From assembly GCA_963796455.1 (NCBI GenBank), contig CAWCLO010000001.1:359372-423371 (forward strand): a DNA stretch of 64,000 nucleotides, given 5' to 3'. Positions 34,089 through 44,500 of this stretch are shown piece after piece. The notes beneath the pieces were generated by a model that ran no database searches, was not told the DNA's origin, and saw nothing but the letters and a program-made list of their open reading frames with translations. Numbering within the stretch: the first letter of the stretch is position 1; every line of letters begins with the position of its first letter. Position numbers and translations under genes: made by a program. The stretch comes from Candidatus Sulfomarinibacteraceae bacterium. GTDB taxonomy: Bacteria; Acidobacteriota; Thermoanaerobaculia; Thermoanaerobaculales; Sulfomarinibacteraceae.

Positions 34089-36866
34089 GTGAATGTTGTC
34101 TGGCAGCTCCGCGGAACGTCAGATTCGGGCAGCGTCGAGCTGCAATTCGGTGCCGGTGTTCATGTTCTCGGCTCGGCGACCGACTGCGACCTCATCATCG
34201 CCGACCGAACCATTTCTCGTCGCCATGCCAGAATCGTCGCCGGCGAGAGCGGTGTTTCGATCGAAGATCTTGCTTCAACCAATGGCACGACGGTCGACGG
34301 AAAGACCGTTGATTCGCCGACCGACATCAATAAGGACTCAGAGATCAAACTCGGTCACGTGTTTCTTCACATTTCGGTCGTCGCCGAACACGATGGTGAA
34401 GAACAGCTCGAAGAATCCGATATCAGCGGTGGGCAGTCCTTGTTGCTCGGGCCCGCGACTGTCGGCTTTCTCCGCGATGCCGGCCAGGAGGTCTCGTTTT
34501 CTTCGGGTGAGGTTGTGGTCCGCCGCGGCGAACGGCAGGAGTTTTTCTTTGTCGTCATCGAAGGCGAGGTCGAGCTTTTTCTGAGCGAGGATGAGGATCG
34601 TGGCCGCCCCCTGGCCCGACTGGGTGAGGGAGGGATCTTCGGCGCCGAGTCGGTTCTCGGCAAAGGCGGCGCGGCCACCGGTGCCGTAGCCGTGACCGAC
34701 GTCCGGTTGCTTCGCTATCCCGCCCACGCCCTACCGACAGCCCTTCAGGAGTCGGCTTCGCTGCGCAGCAAACTTCTCGGAGGGTTTGCCCGGAACCTCC
34801 AGAAGACCACCTCTGATGCGCTCGACCTCATGCGCGGCAACGAAGTGATGGCCAGACTGGTTCAGGGCGACAACGATCCTGATGCCCTGATCGCGGTCTC
34901 GCCGAGGATGAAGGCCATCCGCCGTAAGATCGACGCGCTCTCCAAGTCCAGAGACGCGGTCCTGATCGCCGGCGAAGACGGAACGGGAAAGACTCTCGCA
35001 GCGCGGTTGATTCACGATGCCTCGGAGCGTTCTTCCGGGCCGCTGATTGCGGTCAATTGCCGCGATCTGCGATCCGGCCACGCCGCAGAGCTCATCCTCG
35101 GCGAAGATCTCGGCGGGCGCCTGCCAACCGGACGGCGTGGCAGCGGCGGAATCCATCTGGCACACAACGGAACCCTCGTCCTGCGCGGCGCCGATGAGCT
35201 CGAGGCAGCCGTGCAACAGATGCTCGCCGCCTATATTGCGACGGCGAAGGGCAAGCCACCGGGGTCCTACCCCGACACCCGATTCGTCCTCACGACCCGA
35301 TCTGCCTCGAGCGCCGACGGCGGGCCGACCGCCGCATTGGCCGAGACCGTCGACGAGATCATCGAGATCCCGCCCCTGGCAAAACGGCCCAAAGACATCA
35401 TTCCCCTGGCCGAGGAGTTCCTCTCCCGCACTGGGCCTCCGGCGCCGACTATTACCGAGGACGCACAACACGCGTTGCTGTCGCTGCGCTATCAGCGCCG
35501 AAATGTGGCCGAGCTACGTGAAGTTCTGGGGCTCGCGTCGCGGCTCGCCGATGGCCCGGAAATCCGTGCCGAACATATTTTCGGTGGAGTCGGCGACGAC
35601 GACACGGCTCCGGGTCTCTCCATCACCGACACGCCGCTGATTCGTCGACTTCTCCGGCCCTTGGGCATTCCACTGGCAAGGGCTCTGACTTTCGCCGGTT
35701 TTGCGGCAGTCATCGTCCTCTGTCTCGGATTCGCCTCGACAACCGCCGGTCGGGTGGCCAACACCGCCATCTGGTCGGTCTGGGAACCCGCGGTCTTCGG
35801 TTTGTTCTTTCTCATCGGCCCGGTGTGGTGCACGATCTGCCCGTTGTCCACCGCCGCGCGTCTCTCGAAGAAGCTCGGGTGGCCGGAGCAATCGCCGCCG
35901 CCCTGGATCATTCGCCATGGGCCGTGGCTGACGATCGTCGGTTTCGCACTCATCGTTTGGGTCGAACGGTTTTTCGAGTCAACCATGAATCCCGTTGCCT
36001 CCGGGTTTCTGCTCGCTTCCCTGGTCGCCGCCGCGGTGATCTTCGGAGTCCTTTACAAGCGAGAGGTGTGGTGTCGCTATCTGTGCCCGTTGGGCCGTCT
36101 GGCGACCGTGCTCGCTCCCGCCTCCCCTCTTCAGATCAAGGCAAAACCAACCGTCTGCGCTTCGACCTGCACCACCCACGAGTGCTACAAGGGAACCATC
36201 AAGATCCCCGGTTGCACGGTCTTCCACCACCCTCTCGAGGGCAAACAGGCCTACCGATGCAAGCTCTGTGGTGATTGCCTGAACAACTGCACGCACCATT
36301 CCGCACAGCTTCAGGTGAGAGCGCCGCTGATGTCGGTCTGGCGCCTCGATTCGAGTGCCCAGGATCTCGCCCTCTTCGGGCTTGCCATCTCGATTCTCGC
36401 GTTGGCTCTTGTTGCATCCCGAAGCTTCGAAGCCCTCGCCACCCCTCTCGCTTTTACCGTCCTTTGCGTCCTCAGCCTGGTGGCCGGAATCGCTCTCCAC
36501 CACGTCGTCATGGCGATCGCACACACCGATCGCCGGATCGCCATCATGGTGCGTCTGGCCGTGGCCCTCATGATCCTCGGCTGGAGCACATTGATGGTCA
36601 GTCAACTCGCGAATATCGTGGTGCTCGACAAAGCCGAGATCGTGTTGCCGGCGGTCGACTGGCTACCCCTTTGGATTCCACTGCGTTTCAGCTTGCTCAA
36701 AGGTCTGCAGATAACTTTCGTCCTCTTCGGGCTGACCCTCGCCACCATCGCGCTGAGCCACATTCGTTTCGAGGGCACCTCGATCTGGACCCGCATCGGT
36801 CGTTTTCTGACGCCCCTGGTTCTCATCGGATATGCCGCGTCAGTTGTGCTTTTGATCCTCTTCTGA
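34089..36866 (+). CDS. multidomain membrane protein: FHA + cyclic-nucleotide-binding + degenerate sigma54-type AAA+ + polytopic 4Fe-4S-binding (Fer4_5/NapH-like) domain
   Basis: GTG 34089 after GAGGAGGA. FHA: LIIADRTISRRHARIV...STNGTTVDGK. cNMP: FFFVVIEGEVELF...GIFGAESVL. AAA+: VLIAGEDGTGKTLAARLIH...LIAVNC, but no GAFTGA and no DE Walker B. TM region with CTICPLS, WCRYLCPLGRL and CKLCGDCLNNC. Confidence 0.8.
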   Translation: MNVVWQLRGTSDSGSVELQFGAGVHVLGSATDCDLIIADRTISRRHARIVAGESGVSIEDLASTNGTTVDGKTVDSPTDINKDSEIKLGHVFLHISVVAEHDGEEQLEESDISGGQSLLLGPATVGFLRDAGQEVSFSSGEVVVRRGERQEFFFVVIEGEVELFLSEDEDRGRPLARLGEGGIFGAESVLGKGGAATGAVAVTDVRLLRYPAHALPTALQESASLRSKLLGGFARNLQKTTSDALDLMRGNEVMARLVQGDNDPDALIAVSPRMKAIRRKIDALSKSRDAVLIAGEDGTGKTLAARLIHDASERSSGPLIAVNCRDLRSGHAAELILGEDLGGRLPTGRRGSGGIHLAHNGTLVLRGADELEAAVQQMLAAYIATAKGKPPGSYPDTRFVLTTRSASSADGGPTAALAETVDEIIEIPPLAKRPKDIIPLAEEFLSRTGPPAPTITEDAQHALLSLRYQRRNVAELREVLGLASRLADGPEIRAEHIFGGVGDDDTAPGLSITDTPLIRRLLRPLGIPLARALTFAGFAAVIVLCLGFASTTAGRVANTAIWSVWEPAVFGLFFLIGPVWCTICPLSTAARLSKKLGWPEQSPPPWIIRHGPWLTIVGFALIVWVERFFESTMNPVASGFLLASLVAAAVIFGVLYKREVWCRYLCPLGRLATVLAPASPLQIKAKPTVCASTCTTHECYKGTIKIPGCTVFHHPLEGKQAYRCKLCGDCLNNCTHHSAQLQVRAPLMSVWRLDSSAQDLALFGLAISILALALVASRSFEALATPLAFTVLCVLSLVAGIALHHVVMAIAHTDRRIAIMVRLAVALMILGWSTLMVSQLANIVVLDKAEIVLPAVDWLPLWIPLRFSLLKGLQITFVLFGLTLATIALSHIRFEGTSIWTRIGRFLTPLVLIGYAASVVLLILF

Positions 36867-36945
36867 GTCCCGATCCTCGCCCAGTGGCCGTCAGGTCAAC
36901 TGACAGCCGCTTCTATCAGAACCGCGTAAAAGAGACACAATCTCC

Positions 36946-36974
36946 TTGATATCCTTCTCAAAACCGGATAAAAT
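36946..36974 (+). promoter_or_regulatory. candidate sigma70 promoter of the giant BNR-protein gene
   Basis: TTGATA, a 17-nt spacer, then TAAAAT, about 60 nt upstream of ATG 37038. Confidence 0.45.
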
Positions 36975-37037
36975 CTGCGCTCATCGCACTATGACGCAAC
37001 AAAAATGATGCAACCACAGGGTCTTGGAGGCCGCACC

Positions 37038-40000
37038 ATGAGACGCATTCTTAGTTTCATTTTCCTTCTCACGCTCATTTCCGCACCTGCCATCGTCGGC
37101 GCTCAGCAGGCTGGCGACAACATTAATGTCCTACCGTTGGTTCCGAACGTCGATTCGTCCGACCCAGGCTATGATCCCGATTGGTTTCTGAAGGGTGACG
37201 GCTACCTACAGCGTCAGCTGGAGCCGACAATCGCCGCATCGACCCGCAACCCGGACCACCTGCTCGCGTTCTTCAACGATTACAGGGCGGTGGATGTGGG
37301 TGACGACATCGGACTCGGCGAAGGCGAAATCGGATCGGCCGCCCTCAAGACCCTCAACCTCATGCTGGCTTCGGTGCCATGGCTGCAAATTCCAGACCTT
37401 GGTATCACGATGATTCGCCCGCAGCCGATGGCGGCGTCCGAAGCATGGGTGGGTATGAGTCGATCTTATGATGGCGGCCTGACCTGGAGTGGCGGCTTCT
37501 TGCCCGGCGCACCCTTCGACGGCTCCCCCGCATCGCTCGATTCTCCCGTCTATGGCCTCGAGGCGGCCACCGATCCGGTGACCGTCTGCGGTCCGTGCGG
37601 CCAATTCTATACTGTCTTCGTCGCCTTCACTCGCGGCGGCCAGAGCAAGCTCGCGGTCGCGCGTTATGAGGACCTCAACAATGACCCCGGCGGCGACACC
37701 CTGGTGTACAAGGGCACGACCGTTGTCGACTCTGGAGCCAACGCGAATTTCGGGCATTTCCTCGACAAGCCCCATATCGCCATTGATGTCTGGCGCAATG
37801 AATCATCAAAAGCGGGAATTGAAAAGAAGAAAAAGCCGAAACCCTCGGAAGACAACGACGATCCCTGCGCGCATCGCGTTTACGTGAGCTACAGCACCTT
37901 CACCGGAAAACCGAAACCCAACAAATTCCAGAGCAAACTCTACGTTGCGACGTCGGAGGATGGTGGCGAGACTTTCAACAGGACAAAAATCAACAAGAAC
38001 TTCGGTCAGAACCAGGGATCGGCCCTCGCTGTCGATCCACGCGAAGGAACTCCGACGACAACCGGGGGCGGAACCCTCTATGCGTTCTGGCGTCATTTCA
38101 ACGGTCCTGACAGCATCGTCATGACCAAATCGCTCGATTTCGGCGGTTCGTGGAGCAGACCGGAGCAGATCATCGGCAGCACGCCGATGGCGCCATTCGA
38201 TCAGCCGACGATTTCGACCCAGGCCGTCTACGATTTCGGTTTGTTCGACCCCATCACCGGTTTGCCCGAAGTTGCTTTTCGTTCGAACGGATTCCCCACC
38301 GCCACCGTCGCGACCGACCCCCAAGGTGATGCAACCGTATTTGTAGGTTGGCAGGAGCGGGTTGGCGGTGACGGCTACCCGCTCGAAAACGGAACGCCCC
38401 GGATCGTGCTGATGCGCTCCGACGACGACGGCGATTCGTGGACGGACATCGAAGGCAACCCCGGTCAGCGGAAAGCCGTCGATATCGGCTGGCGCGACCT
38501 CGAGAGTGATCCAAGTGCTCCCGAGCCAGGATTTGGGACTGTGCCTCTCGAGCGCCCCTCGGGACCCCAGATCCAACCCGCCCTCTCATTTGCCGGCGGG
38601 CGATTGATGATGGTGTACTCAGAGTCCCGCGGTCGGATCGCCAACTACGGCAACCCTGATCTTGAAGAAATCCTGACGTCGCAGTTCAACCCGGACGCAG
38701 ACATCGATTCGCAAACCGGTTTCATCAGCGGCTACGATCGACTGATGGATCATCGCGCCGCGCTGCTCGACCCCGCGACCGGTGAACTGTTGTCGACGGT
38801 GCAGGTTTCGCGCTATCCCTTGAGGGCAGGTTCAGACCTTGCCGACGGCGAGGACTATGAGGACGTCGCGCCGATCAACCCGCCGTGCTCGCCGGACTAT
38901 GACGCATACTTCAACGCGGGTGAACTCAACCCCTGCGTGCGCCAACTCAACCGCGTCAACGCAGTGACCTCGGCCGCCGGAACCTCTCCATTTGTCGGGG
39001 ACTACCCGGGGATCCATCCCTTCGTCCAGTTCGTGACCGACTCCGAAGGCAACTGGCGGTGGGCGACCGATCCCGATGACCTCACAACCCGCGGTTTCCA
39101 CACCATCTGGGCCGACAATCGCCACCTGATTCCGCCGCAAAACCCGTCACCTGGAAGTCCATGGGTCGAATGGCAGGACTATCCCAACTATGACGCACCC
39201 GGGTCAGGCGATCTTTCCTGTGCCAACCCGGGATCGCGCAACACCGATGTGTTGACCTCGAGGGTTGATGCCGAGCTGGTCATCAATTCGCCGACGACCT
39301 TCAAGGCGATCGGCGCCACCGGGGCTAGCTTTCCGTTTTCTATCGGCAACAAGACGGGCGAAACCAGAACCTACCAGATCAGCATCGAACCGGATGATGG
39401 CAATGCCTCATTCCTGTCGCGCTCGGTGGTGACCACGGCCTCGGTCGAGATCTTTCCCTTCTCGAGCACCTCGCAGGTGGTCTATGTTTCGGGGCCGACG
39501 ACCGACCCCATCAAGGTCACTGTCCAGGAGACCGGCGGTTGCGGCAGCGATTGCCAGAGCGGCACCATCGTCTTCAACGCCCACCAGAGCATGGCCTCGG
39601 AACAACTCGCTTCGGAGGAGTTCTTCAACCCGACGGTCACGCCCGACGCGTTCGTCATCAATCAGAATCTGGAAAACGCTTTCGTGATCAACCAGGGTGC
39701 TGAAAACGCATTCGTCATCAATCCAACAGTTGACAACGCCTTCGTCATCAACGGCGGCACGGAGAATGCGTTCGTTATCAATGCATTTGTCATCAACGCA
39801 TTCGTCATCAATGCATTTGTCATCAACAGCGGCCTCCCGGCAAAGGCAGGGGAAGAGCCCGAGTACTACGATATCCACAACATCATCGACACAACCTGGA
39901 CGGTGACTCCAGGTGAGAGCACCGATGCCTCGAGCTTTCTGCCAATCATCAATATCGACAAGGCGGAGCAGTTCCTCGACAAGTACGTCTTCCAACTCAT

Positions 40001-41444
40001 CGTCCACAAGGGCGCGCTCTACGGTTCCCCGAGTTTGGAGGGTTGCGACTCAACCAATGTGAACCAGCCGCAGATCCTCTCGACCTTTGCGCAGGGCCCG
40101 GGCACCAACCCTGCCGACGCCTTTGTCATCAACCCGGCGCCAAAAAATGCCTTCGTCATCAACCAGGGATTTCCCGGCGATGCCTTTGTCATCAACTCGA
40201 CATTTACCGTCGCACCATCCGACGACGGCCCGGACAACTCAAAGAACGGCTCCCTGAGCAACGACGGCACGCTCAAAGCTCCGCGCGCGCCGGACACCGT
40301 CAACGTCACCCTGCGGGCCTATCAGATCGTGCCTGACGAAGAGTTGGGTGAGTTCCGCTATAACCCGTTCCCCGCGGACGACCCGAACAATCCGAACCCA
40401 GGCACGGCCGGCGATCGCGCATCCTTCGCCGCATCCTCACACAACTGCGACACCCTGGATCCCTTGTCAGAGTGTTTCGAGTTCAACGCACCGGACCTCG
40501 TGCCCATCGACGTTGATCCAACCGAAATCCTACCGACTCTGGTCGGCGAAAGCTTCGACTTTCCGTCCTGGACCCTGCTCAACCAGGGAACGACGGATGG
40601 CAACGCCGAGAACGACGATCTTCGTCATGGCTTCTATCTCTGTCCGCGCTGGGTTGTGGCAGATGCTCCGGAGGATCTGACGCTCGACCTTTCGCCGTGC
40701 ACACAGTTCATTGACGAAGGAGAGATCCTGTTCACCACCGACAACTCCCTCCCGCCTGCGGGTGAAGATGATTTCGATGCAACCACGTTGAACATCCCGG
40801 AAGGAACCCTGCCGGGTCTCTACGACGTGGTGCTCTACGTAGACGATCTCTTCCAGGTCTCAGAGTTCATCGAAGTCAACAATTACGCATCGGTACCCAT
40901 CATCGTCATCGACGAGTTGCTCGAGAACGGCGGTTTCGAGACGCCGGACGTGGCCGCCGGAGCCTGGGCCCTCTTCGAAAACGGGACGGATGGGCTCGAT
41001 TGGAGCTTCGAGTGGGTGAATTGCGGTGGCTGCGAAACCGATCCACTGCTCGAGATTCAGAGCAGCGGCGTGGTGATCACCACACCGGACGGCGGTCAGG
41101 TCGCCGAACTCGACTCCGACTTCGGCGGTGCGGAACCGGGCAGCCAGACGAGTCTGCGCCTGTACCGCGATTTCGACACCTGCGAGGGAGTCACCTACAC
41201 ATTCGACTATTCGTGGGCAAAACGCACCGGCTCGGATTTGATGACCGTCTCATGGGACGGATTTGTCTTCGCGACACACGGTGCAGGCGCTCCGACCCTG
41301 CAATGGAATGTGGAGAGCTGGGAACTCGATGGCGACGGATCGACCATTCGTCTCGAGTTCGTTGAGACCGGACCGGCCGATTCGTTGGGCATGCTGCTCG
41401 ATGCCGTGAGCCTGATCGGACCGCTTTGCCCGAACGTTGAATAA
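37038..41444 (+). CDS. giant secreted protein: BNR/Asp-box (sialidase-like propeller) + AFVIN repeat region + C-terminal DUF642/CBM-like domain
   Basis: Signal peptide MRRILSFIFLLTLISAPAIVGA after GGAGG. Asp-boxes SYDGGLTWS, SEDGGETFN, SLDFGGSWS and SDDDGDSWT. 11 AFVIN motifs. C-terminal LLENGGFETP... domain. Confidence 0.8.
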   Translation: MRRILSFIFLLTLISAPAIVGAQQAGDNINVLPLVPNVDSSDPGYDPDWFLKGDGYLQRQLEPTIAASTRNPDHLLAFFNDYRAVDVGDDIGLGEGEIGSAALKTLNLMLASVPWLQIPDLGITMIRPQPMAASEAWVGMSRSYDGGLTWSGGFLPGAPFDGSPASLDSPVYGLEAATDPVTVCGPCGQFYTVFVAFTRGGQSKLAVARYEDLNNDPGGDTLVYKGTTVVDSGANANFGHFLDKPHIAIDVWRNESSKAGIEKKKKPKPSEDNDDPCAHRVYVSYSTFTGKPKPNKFQSKLYVATSEDGGETFNRTKINKNFGQNQGSALAVDPREGTPTTTGGGTLYAFWRHFNGPDSIVMTKSLDFGGSWSRPEQIIGSTPMAPFDQPTISTQAVYDFGLFDPITGLPEVAFRSNGFPTATVATDPQGDATVFVGWQERVGGDGYPLENGTPRIVLMRSDDDGDSWTDIEGNPGQRKAVDIGWRDLESDPSAPEPGFGTVPLERPSGPQIQPALSFAGGRLMMVYSESRGRIANYGNPDLEEILTSQFNPDADIDSQTGFISGYDRLMDHRAALLDPATGELLSTVQVSRYPLRAGSDLADGEDYEDVAPINPPCSPDYDAYFNAGELNPCVRQLNRVNAVTSAAGTSPFVGDYPGIHPFVQFVTDSEGNWRWATDPDDLTTRGFHTIWADNRHLIPPQNPSPGSPWVEWQDYPNYDAPGSGDLSCANPGSRNTDVLTSRVDAELVINSPTTFKAIGATGASFPFSIGNKTGETRTYQISIEPDDGNASFLSRSVVTTASVEIFPFSSTSQVVYVSGPTTDPIKVTVQETGGCGSDCQSGTIVFNAHQSMASEQLASEEFFNPTVTPDAFVINQNLENAFVINQGAENAFVINPTVDNAFVINGGTENAFVINAFVINAFVINAFVINSGLPAKAGEEPEYYDIHNIIDTTWTVTPGESTDASSFLPIINIDKAEQFLDKYVFQLIVHKGALYGSPSLEGCDSTNVNQPQILSTFAQGPGTNPADAFVINPAPKNAFVINQGFPGDAFVINSTFTVAPSDDGPDNSKNGSLSNDGTLKAPRAPDTVNVTLRAYQIVPDEELGEFRYNPFPADDPNNPNPGTAGDRASFAASSHNCDTLDPLSECFEFNAPDLVPIDVDPTEILPTLVGESFDFPSWTLLNQGTTDGNAENDDLRHGFYLCPRWVVADAPEDLTLDLSPCTQFIDEGEILFTTDNSLPPAGEDDFDATTLNIPEGTLPGLYDVVLYVDDLFQVSEFIEVNNYASVPIIVIDELLENGGFETPDVAAGAWALFENGTDGLDWSFEWVNCGGCETDPLLEIQSSGVVITTPDGGQVAELDSDFGGAEPGSQTSLRLYRDFDTCEGVTYTFDYSWAKRTGSDLMTVSWDGFVFATHGAGAPTLQWNVESWELDGDGSTIRLEFVETGPADSLGMLLDAVSLIGPLCPNVE
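39645..39827 (+). repeat. in-frame AFVIN repeat cluster (8 units; the last 4 are a 4 x 15-bp tandem array with only synonymous differences)
   Basis: DAFVINQNLENAFVINQGAENAFVINPTVDNAFVINGGTENAFVINAFVINAFVINAFVIN. A second cluster of 3 units lies at 40116-40196. Confidence 0.95.
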
Positions 41445-41472
41445 CGCTGAGAACAGCAGCTGAACGCAACCA

Positions 41473-41502
41473 CGGGGTCGGGCAACCGGCCCCGTTTTTT
41501 TT
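41473..41502 (+). terminator. rho-independent terminator after the giant BNR-protein gene
   Basis: CGGGGTCGGGCAACCGGCCCCG followed by T8. The T-run overlaps the stop codon of the convergent kinase-TPR gene. Confidence 0.8.
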
Positions 41503-44500
41503 ATTTATCTGGCCCGTCCGCCAGGCGATCGGTGGCGTCGGCCGCGAATGCGTCCTGAGGCTCTGATTCACCGCGCAGCGCAACGTACTCGGAGTACAGC
41601 GTGCGGGCAGCCTCGGCGTTGCCAAGCTTCTCGTGGCTTCGGCCGAGCCAGTACAGGGCCGGTGGGAAATACCGCAGGGTGGCACTGTCCACAAGGAAAA
41701 CGTCGGTGATCTCGCCCTTGGCACGCACCGCGTGATCGAACTCGTCGAGCGCTTCGGGGTACTGCTCGGCCTCGAAGAAGACCCGCCCCATCAGGTAGTG
41801 TCCGAACCACATATCGAATTCCTCGCGGGCAAGTCGGAACTCGCGCATGGCCGTGCCCAACTGGTCGTTCAAGAGCGCTTTCTCACCGCGGATCAAGGCC
41901 GCCAAGGCCGTGGTCTGGCTCTTGAGCCTGTTTTCCAGGTCGAGAGCGATTTCGTCCGCCCTCTCCTCGTCGCCGGCAGCTAAAAAGACCCGGGCCGCGA
42001 GATAGTGGATGCTCTCGTGCTGGCTCAGAGTCGACCGCTTCGGCGGCCGACGCCACCGCGGCGGCCTTGTCACCCATCGCCATCTGCGATTCGGCGTGGG
42101 CAATCAGCATGTTGGCCTTTTCAAAGGGGTTGTCCGATGACTGTATCGCCGGATAAAGCACTGTAACGGCTTCTGCATGGCGACCCAGGTACATCTCGAG
42201 ATCGCCCACTGCGATAGGCACCAGCGAGGAACCCATGCCTCCCGATGCTTCGAGACGGGCATATGCAGCCCTGGCCGCCTCCGCGTCGCCTGCGGCGGCA
42301 GCCGCGCGACCGAGGGTGAACAGCGCGTAGCCGAACTGCTCATTCTGTTCGAAGACCTTTTCCGACTCACCCATCGCGGTTTCGAAATCACCCGCGTAGG
42401 TCGCGTAAATCGCGTAGTTGATCCTCTTGATCAGATTTCCAGGATCAAGCTCCACCGATCGCCGTCCCGCATCGACGGCGTCGTCAAACCGGCGAACCAT
42501 GTGGTAGGCATAGCCCAGGTTGGAGTAGGCACCGCCATCAGCCGGATACTGGTCGACCAGGGTTTGGTAGTTCTCGATTGCCTTTTCATAGTTCCGGGAG
42601 ACCAGCAGATAGTAGCCACCGAGAGTCCGGTAGCGTTCGCGTTCGGACATCCGGTCCAGACGCTCGAAAGCCAGCTGATAGGCCTCTTCGGCCTCCGCCT
42701 CGCGGCGCAGATTGCCGTAGGTCACTCCCATCCCGGCAAAGGCCCTGCCGAACTCGGGATCGGCAGCAACCGCCTCCTGGTAGGCACCGAGGGCAGCTTC
42801 GAACTCACCCTGCACAGCCAGATCCTGGCCGCGCGCGTAGGCCTGCATGGCCTCGACCGATCCCGCAGTGAAGGTCTCGGTTGCCGCCAGGCGATCGCTC
42901 TTTGGAGTCGTGTCACCGAGGTCCCCGCGCAGTTCGGCGGCGATTTTGCCAACCGCGGCCAGCACCGCGTCTTTGTCGTCTGCGGAGGCCCGGACCGTCG
43001 CCAGCGGCTTCCCCTCGCCCGGTTCGAGACCGGGATCGAGTGCTCTCACCGACAACTCATAACCTTCCCCATCACTCTCGATCGCACCGGCCAGGATCAC
43101 GCTCACCCCTTCGCGACGAGAAACCAGCCGGGCCATGGTTTCGTCGAGGGAGCTGCCCGGTTGGATCTGTTCCGCGATCTGGCGGGCATTGGCGGGCTGA
43201 ATCGCACTGATAAAGGCCGCACCCTCCATCGCGATGGTGAGCGCCTGCTCGAGGGCGCCATCAAAGGAGGCGTCGCCGGTCTGATTGCTGAAGTCGGCCA
43301 CCAGCACCGAGAAGGGGTCCGGTTCGACCGCCGGCCCGCGCAGGCTGGCGAGCCACCACGTACCTGCAAGCAGGACAGCAACCATTGCCGCTGCCGAGAT
43401 CACCCCCTTACGGGTGAGACGCCTCGTGACCGGAAGCAGATTGCCCTCTTCATCGAGACGATCGAGGTCGGCACGAAGTTCGGCGGTGGTGAGGTAGCGC
43501 TCGTTCGGATCGGGGTCCAAACAGCGCGAGATCATCCGGTCGATCGGCTCGGGAATCGTCGGATCGACCCCACGAATCGGATCCGGGGCTGTCTCGACCC
43601 GGCCGCGAAATTCCGCAAAGGCGCTTTCGGCCCGCTCGATCCGGCGCCGGCCCACCAGCATGTCGCGAAAGATCAAACCCAGCGCATAGATATCGGCCCG
43701 TTGATCGACTCCCTGGCCGGCAAATTGTTCCGGCGCCATGTATTGAAGGGTGCCGACCACGGCACCTGCCTGGGTCTCTTCGGTCACTCCTGCCCGGTGA
43801 TCCGCCTTTGCACCGACAAGCTCACCAGCCACCTCGCTGCCGGCCGGGGTCGCCGAGCGGGCGATCCCGAAATCCATGATGTAGCTCTCACCCGTGGATG
43901 GTTCGACCATGATGTTGGCGGGTTTGAGATCGCGGTGCACCACATCCGCCTCATGGGCCGCGGACAAGCCGGCAACCACCGGGCGAATGATTTCAAGGGC
44001 ATCGGAAACTGAGACCGTTCCCTCCCGCTTGAGGATGTGCGACAAATCCTCGCCCTCGATAAAGGTCATGGTGATGTATTTGACGCCCTCGATCTCACCG
44101 AGATCGTGAATGCGAACGACGTTTTTGTGGGTGACCTTTCGTGCCAGCAGCAGTTCTCGTTTGAAGCGACGGTCGAGCTGTTCAGCGAGCGCCGGGTCGG
44201 CCGCGACCTCGGGTCGGATCACCTTGAGAGCGACCGGAATCTCGAGTTCCTTGTCCCATGCCTTGTACACCGCGCCCATACCGCCGAAACCGAGCAGAGT
44301 GTCGATCTGGTATCGGCTGCCGAAGCTCTCTCCGATCTGGAGCGGTCCGCCCATGTCTTTGGGAACCGAAACTGTGACGCCGCCTCCGCCGCGCGACAGG
44401 GCCTCGGCCTCGGCAACGCCCATGGTGTGATCAAACTCCGGTTCCTCGGACAGATCGATGGCGGTCTGATCGTCTCCCCCACCGCTGATGATCGCGGTGT

